Of a DNA stretch of 64,000 nt, positions 36,236 to 50,400 are shown piece after piece; within the stretch, counting starts at the first letter, position 1; each line of letters starts with the position of its first letter. The notes under the pieces were generated by a model. It saw only the letters and a list, made by a program, of their open reading frames with translations, had not been told where the DNA came from and did not search any database. The stretch is from assembly GCA_010909165.1 (NCBI GenBank), contig MU008227.1, forward strand, positions 46,016-110,015, given 5' to 3'. The stretch is from Anthoceros angustus (taxonomy: Eukaryota > Plantae > Anthocerotophyta). Both the position numbers and the translations under genes were made by a program.

Positions 36236-38535
36236 TGTCAAGATAATAACCCTCTTTAGCTTAATTATCTATTTATAAGTACACGTTGTTACTTTAGGGT
36301 TAGGTTGGTAGAGTGAAGAGTCATGACTTGACGTACACTTTTTGTATATGTGTTGTGATATGTTGTTAGTGATATATTCTAGTTCTGACTACTTGCTGTC
36401 TCGCTCGCTCGCGCTCATGCTCACAGCTTACTAGAAATTTGACATGGTATCAGAGCCATGTTGATGGCTAGAAGTTGGTCAAGTCATAATTCTGCACACT
36501 ATCTACACTTCGTTCCCTACGGATTTTAGATTGTGTGCAATATCCTGACTCAACCATTAGATAGCAACCATGTTCCCGATCCTAGTCTTGTCCAAGTTGC
36601 TCTACCCGTATGTCTAGAAAACAAGATGCCGAGAAGTATAATTGGGCACGCTACCTAGCAGCCACGAATTGACATGGCTCCTCAGTTGTGTGCCCAACAT
36701 ATTCTTAGCACCTGCATTTCACATAGAAGTTAGAGTTTACAACAGATAATTGGACTAATTCCGCTGCACAGAACTGGCTACCAGTTGGTCAGATCCTTGA
36801 AGATGCCGAGGCGCAATCCCGGTTGGCAATCTTGTTCCAGGAGTCAGGTTCACAGGAACGGAGACAATTGCTATCAGACTTCCAAGCCACATCCGGTGGT
36901 TGGACGATTTCCTGCATCAACGAGAAGCAGAAACCGTGTCAGCAATTGCCAACGCTTGCCCTCACCATCAACAAGGAGATTTGATCCAAGGAGACCAGTT
37001 CAGTACTGTAAGCAACACCGTCCCTTCCACACAGAGGCTCAGAGAATTTCCAGCAACGCACCTGAAGATCCTCTTGAGCATATTTGATCTGCTCACGAGT
37101 TGCAAGTGAAATACTGCCTGATACAACTCAAGGTGGAAATCTCTCGTGTGGGCTTGCAAGTAGAAGAACTTGCGCTAGATCTGCAAGATTTGTGCAAGCA
37201 ACTCAGGGAGACTCTCGGATTAGACCAAGGATCAAAGAGTAGTTGCTCGTGGTCTACAATCTTTTGAGCATCCATCCTCCTTTGTGGCGAGGGCAGTCCT
37301 CGTGCGCAGATTCCTTCTTGAATACAGGGAGCTGCGAAGCGTCACAGTTGCTGGACCATGGCGATGCTCAACCTGCCACCTAAGAGCGAACAGGCGTGTG
37401 AGATTCCATGCCGACTCTTAGTAGCAGAGGAAAAGGCGTGGGTGATTCATCGACCTTATCGTGAGCCGGCCGACTCTTCAGCAACAGGGAGATTTGGAAA
37501 TGACAGTTGCCCCTCTTCTCCTGCTTGCGACTTGGAAGAGTTGCGGCCACTTGCTGCGATGAGTTCGTCGACGCCGCCACTGCCACCTCCGCCTCCACCT
37601 CCGCCTCCTCCACCCAATCCGCCTCCTGCACCCGCTCCACCCACATTCCTAGAACCCGCCTACTCCGCCGACTTCAAAGAGAAGGATCGCTTCAACGGCA
37701 CCAAGGTTTGGAGTGTTCGGATGCGTTCGGCTCTGGAGGCGCGGCATGTTTGGGGTGTTGTATCTGGGACACTAGCACAACCCGGCGTGTCAGCAACTGA
37801 TGCAAAGAAGGAAAAATGGGGAAATTCCAACAGTGTGGCTCGTGCCTTCTTGATCAGTGGACTCGACGAGGTTTTGGTTCCAGATGTTGCTTACCTGACC
37901 AGGGCGTCAGAAATTTGGACTCAGCTCTCACAAACATACGAGGTGAAGAACATTCTGACCCTGTGTGCTGTTCATGGAGAGCTATTCTCCCTGAGAATGC
38001 GTGAAGGTGACAAGGCTGCAACCTTTGTTGGCAAATTTCGTCACCTCCGTTCTCAACTCATCTCGTTAGGCTCCACCATGAGTGAACTCGATGTCGTTGC
38101 TCAGCTCTTGACAAGCCTGCCTGCAAGCTATCAACCTTTTGTATCCAGTTACGGAGCTTCCATCCGTGACGCAGGAGCAGCTATAGCTGCAGGACGACCA
38201 AGCAGCATTACTTTCACGGACGTAGTTGGTGCCCTCTTTCAAGAAGAGCAGAGTCGAGCCAATCATCATGGTTCGGGATGCACTAAAACAGACAAAGTTT
38301 TATATGCATCAAAAGGGAAACAACAGAATAAGAACAGAAACTCCCTTGGAAATGGATCTCCTAAATCAGGCAACCCAAAAGATCTGGTTCTTGCAATTGG
38401 TGTGGCGCGCAAGGGCATTGGGAAAGGGAATGCAGAAAGAAGAAATCTGGTGAACCACGGAAAGCCGAGAAGACCTCAAGACAGGTTGAGGCGAATTCCG
38501 CCACCAAGGAATGGTCTTCATAGGCAGTACCAGTA
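36236..38535 (+). mobile_element. Ty1/copia element, 5' part (LTR 36236-36444, PBS 36445-36458, leader, gag 37358-38536), truncated by gypsy pol
   Basis: LTR TGTCAA...TTGACA and PBS TGGTATCAGAGCCA. Copia gag (WSVRMRSAL..., LLTSLPASY). Zinc knuckle CNWCGAQGHWEREC in a shifted frame at ~38390-38435. Confidence 0.88.
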
Positions 38536-41500
38536 AGCATCCCATGGTAATGACTGTTTGTCTTTCCACTTCCTCAACCTTCCACCCATTGACCCTCGTA
38601 GGGTGGAGTTCGCCTGTCAGATCTTCCAGTTGTACAGACCCATTTTCATAGACCATGACCACTCTCATCGGCCCTAACCATCTTAAACGTAACTTCCTTG
38701 GAAAGTCCAGATACCGGCTGTCATAGAGTAGTACTAATTCGCCCGTCCTGATAGATTCTTGCTTTCATAGCCTTCGATCATGCCGCTCTTTCCTACTATG
38801 TTGCACCTTCTGTGTTTCCTCCAACGCATCTTCTCGATCTTCCTCGTGCTTGACAAAATGCTATAACCTTGCTTCCTGGCTATCGGCTTCAGTCATACGC
38901 GCATCTTCAATGATCCTATAAGTAGGAACTTCAAACTCTACTGGCATCACGGGTGACATCCCGTAAGTGAGGTAAAAGGGCATTCTTCGAGTCGTAATTT
39001 TCTCCGCAGTTCTGGAAGCCCACAAGACCGAGTGTAATTTGCTGTCTCAATCATACATGTGCGACACCATTACCTTGGTCAGGATATTGCACAATAACCC
39101 ATTTGTCTTTTCTGTCAGTCCATTTGCCTTGGGATTATAGGGTGTTGTCTTCTGGTGTCGAATGTTGAAATAGGTCGTCATCCGTTGAGAAAATGCGTCC
39201 CTCGATCGCTCACAAATTCCAAGGGGCATCCGCACCTGGTGATAATGTTCTCAAATAGGAATTTAGCCACGGTGGGGGTCCTTGTGCATTGTGGACCACC
39301 AGAATCCTGCAGTGAGGATCTTTTTCGCCGTCACTTGTACTGAATAATGCACTCCTGCCTCTTTTGAATGCAATGCTTCTATCACAATCGCGATTTCCTC
39401 TCCTTCCAAACACCTCCTAATGACTTCATCTGGCCCCAATTTGTAGGGGATCCCTTCTTTTAGGCAATAAGGGGCAGTTTTGTGGAAAAACACCGCTCTT
39501 CCTTCCCGAGATAGTCCTGGTGGTACCTCTGCCGACTTAGGTACCTTCGAATCTCTCCATTCAGCAAGCCTCGTGGGCACGCCTCTCCTTCGCGGCTCTT
39601 CCTTCTCCTAGGCATAGACCGCTTCCCATCTCGTGTCGCGGTCTCTGTGACGCCTGCTTCTGGACTGCCGCACCCTACTTCTTCACATTCCTTTGGTTCG
39701 GTAACAATAGCTAGAGCTACCAGCTCCTCATCCGGGAACCGATCGTCTATCGCATCCATTCTTGGTCCAGTCCTCAGCCTAGAAACGAAGTCGGCGTTCA
39801 CATGTTTTTTACCTGCCCTGGTCTCTACTTCGTAATTGAATTCCTGCAGCAACAGAATCCATCTCGCAATCCGTTCGGATAAATCAGGCTTGTTCACCAG
39901 ATACTTGAGCGCAAAATGATCCACATGGAAAACAACCTTGCAAGCTAGTAGATAATGACGGAACTTTTTGCAAGAATAGATAATCCCCAATGCTTCCCTT
40001 TCTGTCGTGGAATAGTTCTTCTCAGAATCCAAGAGTTGTCGTCCGGCATAAAAGATCGGGCGATCATGTTTCTTCTCGTCTCTCTGGCTTAGTATCGACC
40101 CAATCGCATAAGCGGACACATCGATAAACAAGTGAAAAGGCTTGTCCCAGTCGGGTGGTTGGAGAACGGGCGCCACCAACAAAATTTGCTTCAAACTCCG
40201 AAGGCAAGGCGCCATCGCCACCGGTCAAACTACGCTTTTCTCTTAGCGCAACCCAAAACCCGATGAACCTTCTGTAATATCCGACTAGTCCGAGGAATGC
40301 CCGGACTTGCTTGACGGTCACAGGGGCATCCATTGCTCCTACTTTCACGACTACCTTCTCCTTGTCTACTTCCAATCCTTGCTCTGACACCCTATGGGCG
40401 AGTAAGATCCCTTCGGACATGCCGAAGTAGCACTTACTCGGATGCAACTTTAAATTCGTTTCCCTACATCTTTGCACGCATTGACGCAGATGCGTTAGAT
40501 GCGTTCCCTTTGTCCCAAATACGCAGAAATCATCAAGAAAAACCTCCATGAACTTCCTCAAAAAATCCCGAAAGATGGTGTTTACCACGCGCTGAAATGT
40601 GGCTGGAGCATAACACAACCCAAAAGGCAATTTGGCGTAAGCATAGATGCCCCAGTCGGTGGTAAAAGTGGTTTTGTCCTGGTCTTCCTTTTGCAAGGCG
40701 ATCTGATTGTACCCCGAATATCCGTCCAAGAAACTATACCTCTCGTGCCCGGCTACCGTGTCCAACACACTGTCCATGAATGGCAACGGGTGATGATCTT
40801 TCCTGGTGGCTTCATTAAGTTTCCGAAAGTCTTGGCACACCCTCACCTTCCCCTGTTGCTTCTTGGTTACCACCACAATGGGTGCAACCCACTCGCTGGT
40901 CAGTACGGGGTAAATGACTCCTGCTTCTAAGTACTGATCCAGCTGATCATTCACTACAGCCGAATACTTTGGGTTCAATCTGTACTGCTTTATCCGGAAA
41001 GGTATGGATCCTTCTTTGGTGGTCGATCCGGTGTACCCGTAGGTCTTCTGGTATACCTGTCATGTAAGTAACCTTAAATGCAAAGCAATCCACATATTCC
41101 ATGAGTAATCTTCTGAAGTCCATTTTCTCCTCGTCGGATAAATGCTTGCAGATGCGGACCTCCTTTCCTGGTGCTAGTTCTACGTTCTCCAGAGCGTCAG
41201 GATCGATCGGTCCTTCCAATCCGCTCCCCTTACTAACTCCAGAACCTTCATCTGGGAAGCTTTGCTCACTGGACCTCGCCTCCCAATAAGTTGTGTCGTC
41301 CGAGACTTCATCAGCTCTATTGGATCCATCCTCAATTGTTATATGAAAACTGTCGGAGTACTCCTCCTTGCGCTCTGCTGGATAGTACGCCTGCATACCC
41401 TGATCACTTTCCCCCTTAGTTTCTTCCATTTCCTTTAAGGTATATCCTTCTGTCAGGGACTCCGTCTCTCCTCCATAAGCATTTCGGTCCCAGCTCACAC

Positions 41501-41888
41501 TTGAGCAAGCGGGGATCATTCCCCGAAGCGATTGGAAACTGACGCGCTTCTTTCCCCAATCAAACTGGCTTTTGCTGCCATACAACCACGGCCTTCCAAT
41601 TAGCACCTGATATCCCAAATCTGAAACTGGGCGCATCACGATGTAGGTAAGAGGAAAAGAAATTTCAATCACTGCCGGTATATCAAGCACTCCTGTGGGC
41701 CTCTCGGTTTGATCGCCATCCTCGAAGCGGTTCTCGCATGCTCAAACTTGGTGTAGCCCAATTTGTTGGCCGTCTCCTCCATCATAAGGTTGACTCCTGA
41801 CCCTGAGTCCAGTGGAACATGTGGTATGAGACACCCATTCACTTCCACCGATATCTCGCTGGCCCCTAAGTCGACCAGCTCAACCACT
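38536..41888 (-). mobile_element. Ty3/gypsy pol (PR-RT-RH-INT), frameshifted, no chromodomain seen
   Basis: Protease LDSGSGVN; RT (RVCQDFRKLN, FLDGYSGYNQI, VFLDDF); RNase H (IDVSAYAIG, YSTTEREALG); integrase (TTPYNPKANG) and a C-terminal WLGP...NG motif. Confidence 0.92.
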
Positions 41889-44800
41889 TCTTATAAATTG
41901 TAATAGCGGAAGCGTTTGCAAGTAAACAAAATGCAATTAAACAATGAGTACACAAAATTGTCTTAAATAGTTGGTATTGTGCCCCTTGGGTAATTAACCT
42001 AATTATAAATAAATAATATGCTAGGTTAAACTAACCCCTAATTAGTAACACTCCCACTTAACCTAGGCAGGTTATTTCCAAAATTACCCTTATGGTACAT
42101 CTTAGCAAATAATGGCAAGTAGGTAGGTAGGTAGACCAAAGTAAGCGCGAGTAGGTCAAGCGGGTAAGTGAAGAGCCATGAGCCCATGTGGGTTTGTTAT
42201 GCCATGATGGCATATGCTCCCCATGAAGACCCCGTGAGCCTCATAACCTTAAAAAACACATTTCCCAAATGAACTCAAACCCAAGCATGAACGAACGGGC
42301 ATGAGTGCAACAGAGGCGCCCAAGCCGGACGCGATCCGGTCCATGGAGGAGGGACGCGAGCCGAGAGAAGGCATGGCATGGAACCGCACATCACGGAAGG
42401 AATGGCACTGATCGCCATTACCATGTGAGGGCGCGCCTCGCACTCGCATTGCACAGAGAGAGGGCAGTGTTCCATGGTTGCCCCTGTTGATCGATGATGA
42501 TTCTGATGACCCTGCAGAGATTTCTTCTCGTGCTCCTCTCATCGCCACAGATCTACACCCTGCTGCACCTGATTTGAGCTGAAGGGTGATCTCAGTGTTG
42601 CTGGTGAAGCCTTTGAGCTGAAAATTTCTTCCTTCTGCAATGTTCTTGACCTTTGTCTCTCTAACTTAGCTGCATGCAGAGGAGGACAGAACTAGAATGC
42701 AGGGTTTGAGCAAGAGGTCCAAGATCTCCTTAACATGGACTGTGTGTGGGAGGAGTGGGAAGTGGATGAGACTGCTATCCTAGCAAATTCTGAAGGTAAC
42801 TTGGTTCTAGTTTTTACTAATACTTAGGCAAGTAGCTTTCACTAACCCTCAGATTTCTAGAAAGGTTCAGTTCTCCCACTTAAGCTTGTCAGTTTGCGAC
42901 TGAATTTTAACAGTACGCTTCATCCACCAATATTGACTTGCTTGTGCAGAAATTTTAAGAAACAAAACTCTGTACTGACCTGGGACTTCCTAAATGTGAT
43001 TCAGGTTCAGGTTAAGGAAGCTAGCAGGCTAAGCAGTTAGCAGCAAGCATATCCAGAACACTTAGAACCTACATCTTTTTTTGTAAGTGGCCATCCCCAA
43101 GGTCACTAGTAGCAGATCTGTAAGCTAAACTGTAAACTCCCTAAGGCCAAGTGCCCCTAGGTGCTTGTAGTGTTTAAGTTTAGGGAGAGCCTTAGTTAGG
43201 ATATCAGCAATATTGTCGTCAGTACTTATGTATGAGACTTTGACAACACCTCTATCAGCTACGTCTCTGATGTAATGATGATAGAGCTCTATATGTTTAG
43301 TCCTAGCGTGAAACCTAGGATTAGCAACTAAGGCTATAGCACCCATGTTATCACATGACAGATTAGTAGGATCTGATTGAGTTTGATCTATCGATTCCAA
43401 ACCGACGCTCCCCATTCAAGGCGTCCTTGCAGCGCATGCCTTGTACTGGCTTGAGGAGAGGGCTAAGGAGGATCGCTTATGTACCCAACTAATGATCCAG
43501 CCTAAGAAGCAATAGGCGGAAAGGCTCTTTCTGTAATCAGACTGCCCAATCAAGATCAAGATAAGAGGTAAGCACCAAACGATTTCTCCCACTAGCTGAA
43601 TAGTGTAGGCCATAGGTGATAGTTCCTTTAATGTAGTGATAAATACGCTTCACTGCTGCCCAGTGAGCACGTCCTGGTTGCTTAAGGAATTGTGATACCG
43701 TGCTAACACTATAGCTAATATCCGGACGTGTCCAATTAGCCAGGAATATCAAGCATTCGACAGCCTCAGCATAAGGAACAGCAGACATGTCTTTCAAGTC
43801 AGCTGCACTTTGAGGGGCCTGCTCAATGCTCAACTTCTCCCCCACTGCTGAGGGTGTCGTAGCAGGTCTGGACTCGTCCATATGAAACCGCTTAAGGATC
43901 TCCTTTATATATTTGGTTTGATGTAGAATGATCTGACCAGCAGCTCGATGTCGTAGGATCTGAATGCCCAGACAAAATTGAAGATCACCCTGGTCGGTCA
44001 TTTCAAATTCAGCATGCAGCATGGTCTTCACCTTGTCAAGTTGTGAAGTGCTGTTGCTGAGGAGAACACAATCGTCAACATAAAGGGCCAAAATTACAAA
44101 CAGCCCTCCTTGGGCAAGGTAAAATACATTACTATCAGCAGGTGATTGTAGAAAATTCAGCTGCTTTAGATACTTCATGATACGCTTGTACCAGGCCCGA
44201 GGGCTTTGCTTTAAGCCATATATAGTTTTCAGCAATTTGCAGACTTTCTTAGGCCATTTCTTGTCAATAAATCCCTCCGGCTGTTGCATGTACAGGGTCC
44301 CCTCGAGCTCCCCATGCAGGAAAGCCGTGCAAACGTCCATCTGGTGGACTTCGAGATCATATTCAGCAGCCATGGCCAGAAGCATCCTAACTGACGGAGG
44401 CTTGACCACCGGAGAGAAGGTATCCCCGTAATCGATGCCAGGTATCTGACTAAACCCCCTGGCTACCAATCGTGATTTATATCTAGCTACTGTTCCATCA
44501 GCCTTTAGCTTAGTCTTAAAGACCCACTTACAGCTAATCGGTTTTCGGCTAGGTGGAAGATCAGTTAAATCCCAAGTTTTATTCTTCATCAAGGAGTTGT
44601 ATTCGTCATCAATGGAGACTCGCCAGTGCTGCCCATCAGGTCCGTTAATAGCCTCATTATAGGATTGAGGATCTGGCCTCACCTCTGGTACATGTAGGCT
44701 GGAAACATGAGCTTGGCGTCGAAAATCTAGTGATTGATAAGGTGGCTCTGCCCACTGAGCACGAGGACGTCGCTCACGTGTGGGATATCTTGGTACAGGT

Positions 44801-45521
44801 GCTTCAGCAAGCGGTGAAGGTGGCCTGTCACCATCTGTAGAGCCATCCAGATCAGAATCAGCTAAAAATTTCTCTAAGTCTTCATGATCAGAATCGGTGG
44901 GCTCCATGACATCGCTCCCGAGAATGTCATCGCACGGCATTAACTTCCCTAGCGCTCTCCCACTTGCTGAAAATCTGCAGCATCATCTAAGTGATCACCA
45001 GACTCTCTATCAGACAAAGGATAGCCTACAGGGCCGGGAGGATCTGGAGGAGGGTGGCCAAGGTGCTGATCAAGGGGCTGTACAGGTGGATCAAGTGCAG
45101 CATCAGCCTCTGATGACCAGGTGTGTGATTCTTGTTCTGAATTTTCAGTTTCAACGGGATCACTAGGAGCAGAAAAATTCAGTTCTGTGCCAACAGCAGT
45201 GTTTGGTGAATTCAGCTCACAGAGGGTGACACTACGTGCAAGTGTGAGTTTCCTTGTGTGAGGATCAAACAGCTTGTAAGCTTTTGACACCTCAGAGTAG
45301 CCAATGGTGAATGAGGGACTAGCTTGGGTTATTCTAACTTCATTACGCCGCAGCTGGAACAAACACAAATGCTGGAGAGCCAAAGACACGGAGATGAAGG
45401 AGACTTGGCTTCTTGCCCCAGAAGGCTTCAAAGGGTGTTGTAATGGCAAAAGAGGCTAGGGACTCTATTCGAATATAAGTAGGCGTCACTATGGCCTCAC
45501 TTGATGGCCCGACAGACTCTT

Positions 45522-46025
45522 TGTGGACTACGGACTTCACAGGGGTTAGAAAATTAGGTAGGGTTTTGTTTTTGTGGGAGGCGAAGGATAAAATGAGGCG
45601 AAAATAAGCACGGTTAGCACTCGGGCACTCCGGGAGTATACTCCGGACTCGGAGTGAGAGCGTACCTAGGCCTCGATGGCGGCAGTAGCAGGTAACCAAG
45701 GACATGAAAACATATCCTTTATTTTGATTGGCCCATAGTCCAAGGATTCATTTCCTTTAAATACTAGTTATAGGAAATAGATCCGTTATGAACGGATAAC
45801 TAGGTAGGCTAGACAAAGCCACTTAGTTTAGGTGTGAAACCAAACCGGACCCAAACCCAAACAAGGCACGATCAACGTGGGAGGAGCACCACCAAGCGTG
45901 AGGGTTGCTTTCGCATCATGGCGCAAACATCAGGAATCGAGCTGGCGTGGAGATGATGGCGCGGGAATGAGGACCGTGGGGCAAGGAACGGAGGGTAGTC
46001 TTGAAATCGTGCGGCGCGCCAGTTA
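45522..46025 (+). mobile_element. Start of a TGTGGACTACGG-type gypsy LTR inserted in the copia A integrase, cut by the assembly gap
   Basis: The first ~150 bp resemble 5767-5930 and the reverse complement of 58450-58619. Confidence 0.65.
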
Positions 46026-46076
46026 NNNNNNNNNNNNNNNNNNNNNNNNNNNNNNNNNNNNNNNNNNNNNNNNNNN
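46026..46076. other. Assembly gap (run of N)
   Basis: About 50 Ns. Confidence 1.
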
Positions 46077-47493
46077 TGTAGTTGTTCGGCCGCAAAATAA
46101 ATGTTTCGGCTATTGAAACGTCAATAATTCTGATAAACTGTTGCGGTGATACCCAAAGCTGCGCTATGAACAGAACGTACAAGGGTGCGACGCAACGGAA
46201 GCTCAATAGCATAGCTACGGTAACAAAGTATTATTATTTGCCGAATGCCCTTGCTATGCATGTATCGTGGGCCGGATACGTATCTACACAAGCAACAACT
46301 ATTGAGTTCAAAACGAAACCCAACCATTGTTGACTGAGTAAGGGCTCTCACGGACAGCAAATTCTTGACATGCCCGGGACGTAAAGAACTGCCACCAACT
46401 GCAAACTCGTGCCATCAGCTAGAGGTATGCTCACTGAACCACTTCCTTTCACATCAACGCCACGGGAGTCCCCCACATACACTAACTGTCTCTCCCTCTG
46501 TGAATGGAAGCTAGAGAACAGGTGCCGATTATTACAAACATGGGCAGTAGTCCCTGAGTCAATAAACCAAAGTGAGGAAACTTCTCGGAACGATGTGAGA
46601 CAGACAATCAGGACAGAGGAGCTGCTCTTGTGTGCTGAAGTCGATCCCTTGGAGGCGACGTGAGCTTCAGACTTGGCCTCCTTCTTGGGTTCGCCGGCTT
46701 TCTTCTAATTGCGCCCCAAAGGGCTCGGAACAAGCACCGCCAGGTACCTTCTTCTCTTGGCAGACTGGAGTGCAGACGGTTAGACTTGTTCTTCCCTTTT
46801 TCTCTCCCCTTGCCAAAAGTTTTTCCCTTAGACGCAACTAGAACCTTGTCGGTGCGCACCCTTGTGGCGCCACCACGAGGTCTACCCTGCTCCTCTTGAT
46901 GCAGAGCTCCAATGAGCTCGTTGAGAGTGAGGGTGGGCTTGGCCCCAGACTTGACTGCTTGCTCGGATGCCCGCAATGAAAAATTCTGACTTGAGATGAA
47001 ATTTTGATAGGAGGTGGCGTTTCAGAGTTGAGCATGACCTCCATCTCGCTTAACCTCTTTGTCGCCAAGAGCATTTCGATTTAAGAAGCCGAAACTTCGT
47101 GATGTGAGGTCCAACACGTTCCCCTTCCTTCATGAGCAGCGAGTGATATTCCTTCCTTACAGCAATCAAGGTGTGAACATTCTGAACTTGATAGGTTTCA
47201 CTTAGCTGTTTCCAGACATCCGCAGCTGTTGGTAGGAATTCCACCTCCTTTATCATCTGTTCATCCAGTCCATTCAGCAGGAAAGCAAAGGCTATCTTGT
47301 TGCCTTTATGCCACTTGGCAATCTCATCAGGTGAAGCACTTGAGGCGGGTTTGGAGATACTGCCGTCCACAAACTCCCACACATCACGTGCATCCAGGAA
47401 AGCCTTCATCCTAGCCTTCCAGCTCTCGTACCTGATAGATTTGCCGTCAAAGCGGTCTCTCTCTTTGAATTCCCCTCCAAAAGAGGAACTTCC

Positions 47494-50400
47494 TGACACG
47501 ATGTGCTAGGCATAGACAGCGTATGCAGAACACAAAACAATGAATAAATTAACGAACAAAATTGTGTCTTATATAGTTGTATGTTAATGTAACCTAAAGG
47601 TAAGCTTAACTAACCATGTGAGGTTAACTAACTGTGATTAAGTTCTAACCCTAACACCCCCTCTTAACCGAACACGGTTAATCAGGAGACATAAATGCAA
47701 CCAAGCGCACACAAGCACCGTGACTGCCGCTTGAATTGCTTAAGGAAGGATGGGGCGAGAACGCGAGGGGACTGTGAGACTCCAGCTGAGATGGAGATAT
47801 ATATCCTCCTTGCCTCCGCCATTCTGTGCATCGCGATGGCTTCAGGTGCAGCTCTATCCAGCAACATGATGTGCAAGCGGAGCAGAGCTATCAGCAGCCA
47901 GAAAAGACCTCGGGAGGATCCTCCAGAAATGTGCAATCCTTCAGCCCGCTGTGAAGAAGAGTCGTAAAATGCTCGAGGATGGCCCACGCAGTCGGCTGTG
48001 AATTTAATCACCTGGTCGAAACTGTGAAGAAGTGCGAGGAGGTGGAGGACCTGCTTGACAAAGGGGGGTTTTAACTACAGGATCGATAGCAACGCCCACC
48101 TTAATTCCTCGCATGTTTCCACTCACTGCATCGAGGTGCACCCAGAAAGAGCTCGCGCTACTTGGATCTGCCGGCATGCATGGGGATGAACACGGAGTTG
48201 GCGACATACGACCCATTCCTCCCCGAGACGAAGTGCGCATGGGTTTCTTTTTGTTGTGCGTGCAGTTGGTTTGGGAACAAACACGATTGAATCTCACTCA
48301 TTGCCGTTTACCCATCGGTCCCTCGTGTGTGACCACCCATGCTAGATAACGAAGACCTGGTGATCATCACCGAAATATATGGCAAGCCGCCGAGACGCTG
48401 GCGTCAGTTGCTAGGCCGTGTCAACATTAGGAGCCAGCGTGAGTAGGTAGTGAACTCTCGCAATTTCTGCCGCTTGGCGTTTATAATGTTTGGCGAGATC
48501 CTTTGGTAAGCACGCGTCGTGTTCTCATCTACATATCAACTCGCTACTCCTCTTTCGGATACATCCCGTATATAATGATGATAAAGCTCGATGTGTTTTG
48601 TGCGTGCATGAAACCGAGGGTTTGCTACAAGGGCGATGGCAGATTGGTTATCACACAACAGCTGGGTAGCAGATGGCTGGGGCATGTAGATGGAATCAAG
48701 GAACTGTCTTTCCCACTCCAGTTCCTTGCAGGCATCCGTCAATGCCTTATATTCCGCTTCAGTTGACGAGAGAGCTAAAGACGTTTGCTTTTTACAGGAC
48801 CAATTGACAGCACCTGAGGCAAGAAGGCAAACATACGCTGAAAGGCTGCGTCGAGTATCAACATCTGAAGCCCAGTCGGCATCAGCATAGGCAGTAAGAA
48901 TAAACTCTCGTTTCCCACTAGCAGTGTAATGCAAACCATAGGTGATGGTGCCTTTTAGATCGATAATTCGCTTTACGTTGAGCCTGATGAGGGCCGTGGA
49001 TTTGTCGAATCGGGCCACAACATCGATCGCAAAGCGATGTCCGGGCGCGTGTCGATTAGATAAAAGATCGTGCACCCAACGCCTCAAGATACGGACGTCC
49101 GTGCATACGCTTCTTCCTGCTGGGGTGATCGGGGTCATAGATGAGTTTCACACTAACCACACACGGAGTAGTCACGGATTTAGCCTCATGTAAGTGAAAT
49201 CGTTTCAAAATTTCCTTAAGATACTTAGTTTGATGCAAGATAATAGTGCCCTGGTCTCTGTCTCGCATGATCTGGATACCCAGACAGAACTGCAGGGACC
49301 TTGATCGGTCATCTCAAACTCACTCCGCAACAAGGCCTTAACCTTGTCAAGCTGTGCAGGGCTATTACTCAAGAGGATAGCGTCATCAACGTACAGCGCC
49401 AAGACCACAAACAGGCCTCCCTCAGCTAAGTAAAATACATTGGAGTCAGCTGGGGATTGTACAAAACCTGCTTAAAGGGAACTTCATTATCCGCTTGAAC
49501 CAAGCTCTAGGACTGCTGTCTAAGACCATAAATGGTCTTGAGTAATTTACAGACCTTCTTTGTCCATTTCTTACTAACAAAACCCTCCGGTTGCAGCATG
49601 TAGAGAAACTCTTCGAGCTCTCCGTGAAGAAAAGCTATGCTTACATCCATCCGTGGAGTTCGGATCTAGTTCAAGAAGAAGGCAAGAAGAATACTGGATG
49701 ATGGAGGTTTCCACGTAAAAGGTATCCCCATAGTCGATTCGTGAATAAAAGCCTCGGCCACAAGCACGCTTTTGTATCGCGCAATGGTACCATCAGACTT
49801 CAACTTGGTTTTAAAAACCCACTTACAGGTAATAGGCTTCCGCCAGCGGTCGGCAAGTTCCCAAGTGTTATTTTTAATAAGTCTGTTGTACTCATCATCG
49901 ATAGAAACCCTCCAGTGTAACCATCCATTCGTTATTTATATGTAGGATGCGACGAACATCTGGAACATGGATGTTTGTAACATGAGCAGCTGGTTTTCGA
50001 AAGTCAATTGATTGATATGGAGTTTCTAACCAATTTTCCCTTGGCCTCCTCTCACGGATAGGATACCTCGGCTCCTCGGGATCCTGGTCAGCAGGAGCAG
50101 GTGGTTGTGCTGCTCGGGCACCCTGCTGGAACTCCTCATCACTCAGTGCACCAGCAGGACCTTCATCGGGATCAGAGAAGAACCCGAAGTCATCGACAAA
50201 TTCCTCCTCTGCAGGGTCAGCGGCAACTGCATCCTGAACTGGTGGAGCATCCCCCTCGTAATCAGGAATATCTGGAAGAGGGTTCTATTATGCTTCATCA
50301 GTTGGATGGACAGGAGGCTGCAGACCTAACAGGTCATCTAATTCAGCATGATCTGTGGAGGTAGGGGCTTCACCATCGGACTGTGGATAATCAGATGAGT

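Noticed and set aside
46077-46330. Foreign sequence next to the gap
   Set aside because: It resembles 51300-51530, i.e. an error-rich copia pre-integrase region.
47657-48535. env-like ORF 3' of copia pol (also 42051-43124)
   Set aside because: Only short ORFs, with no similarity visible between the two elements.
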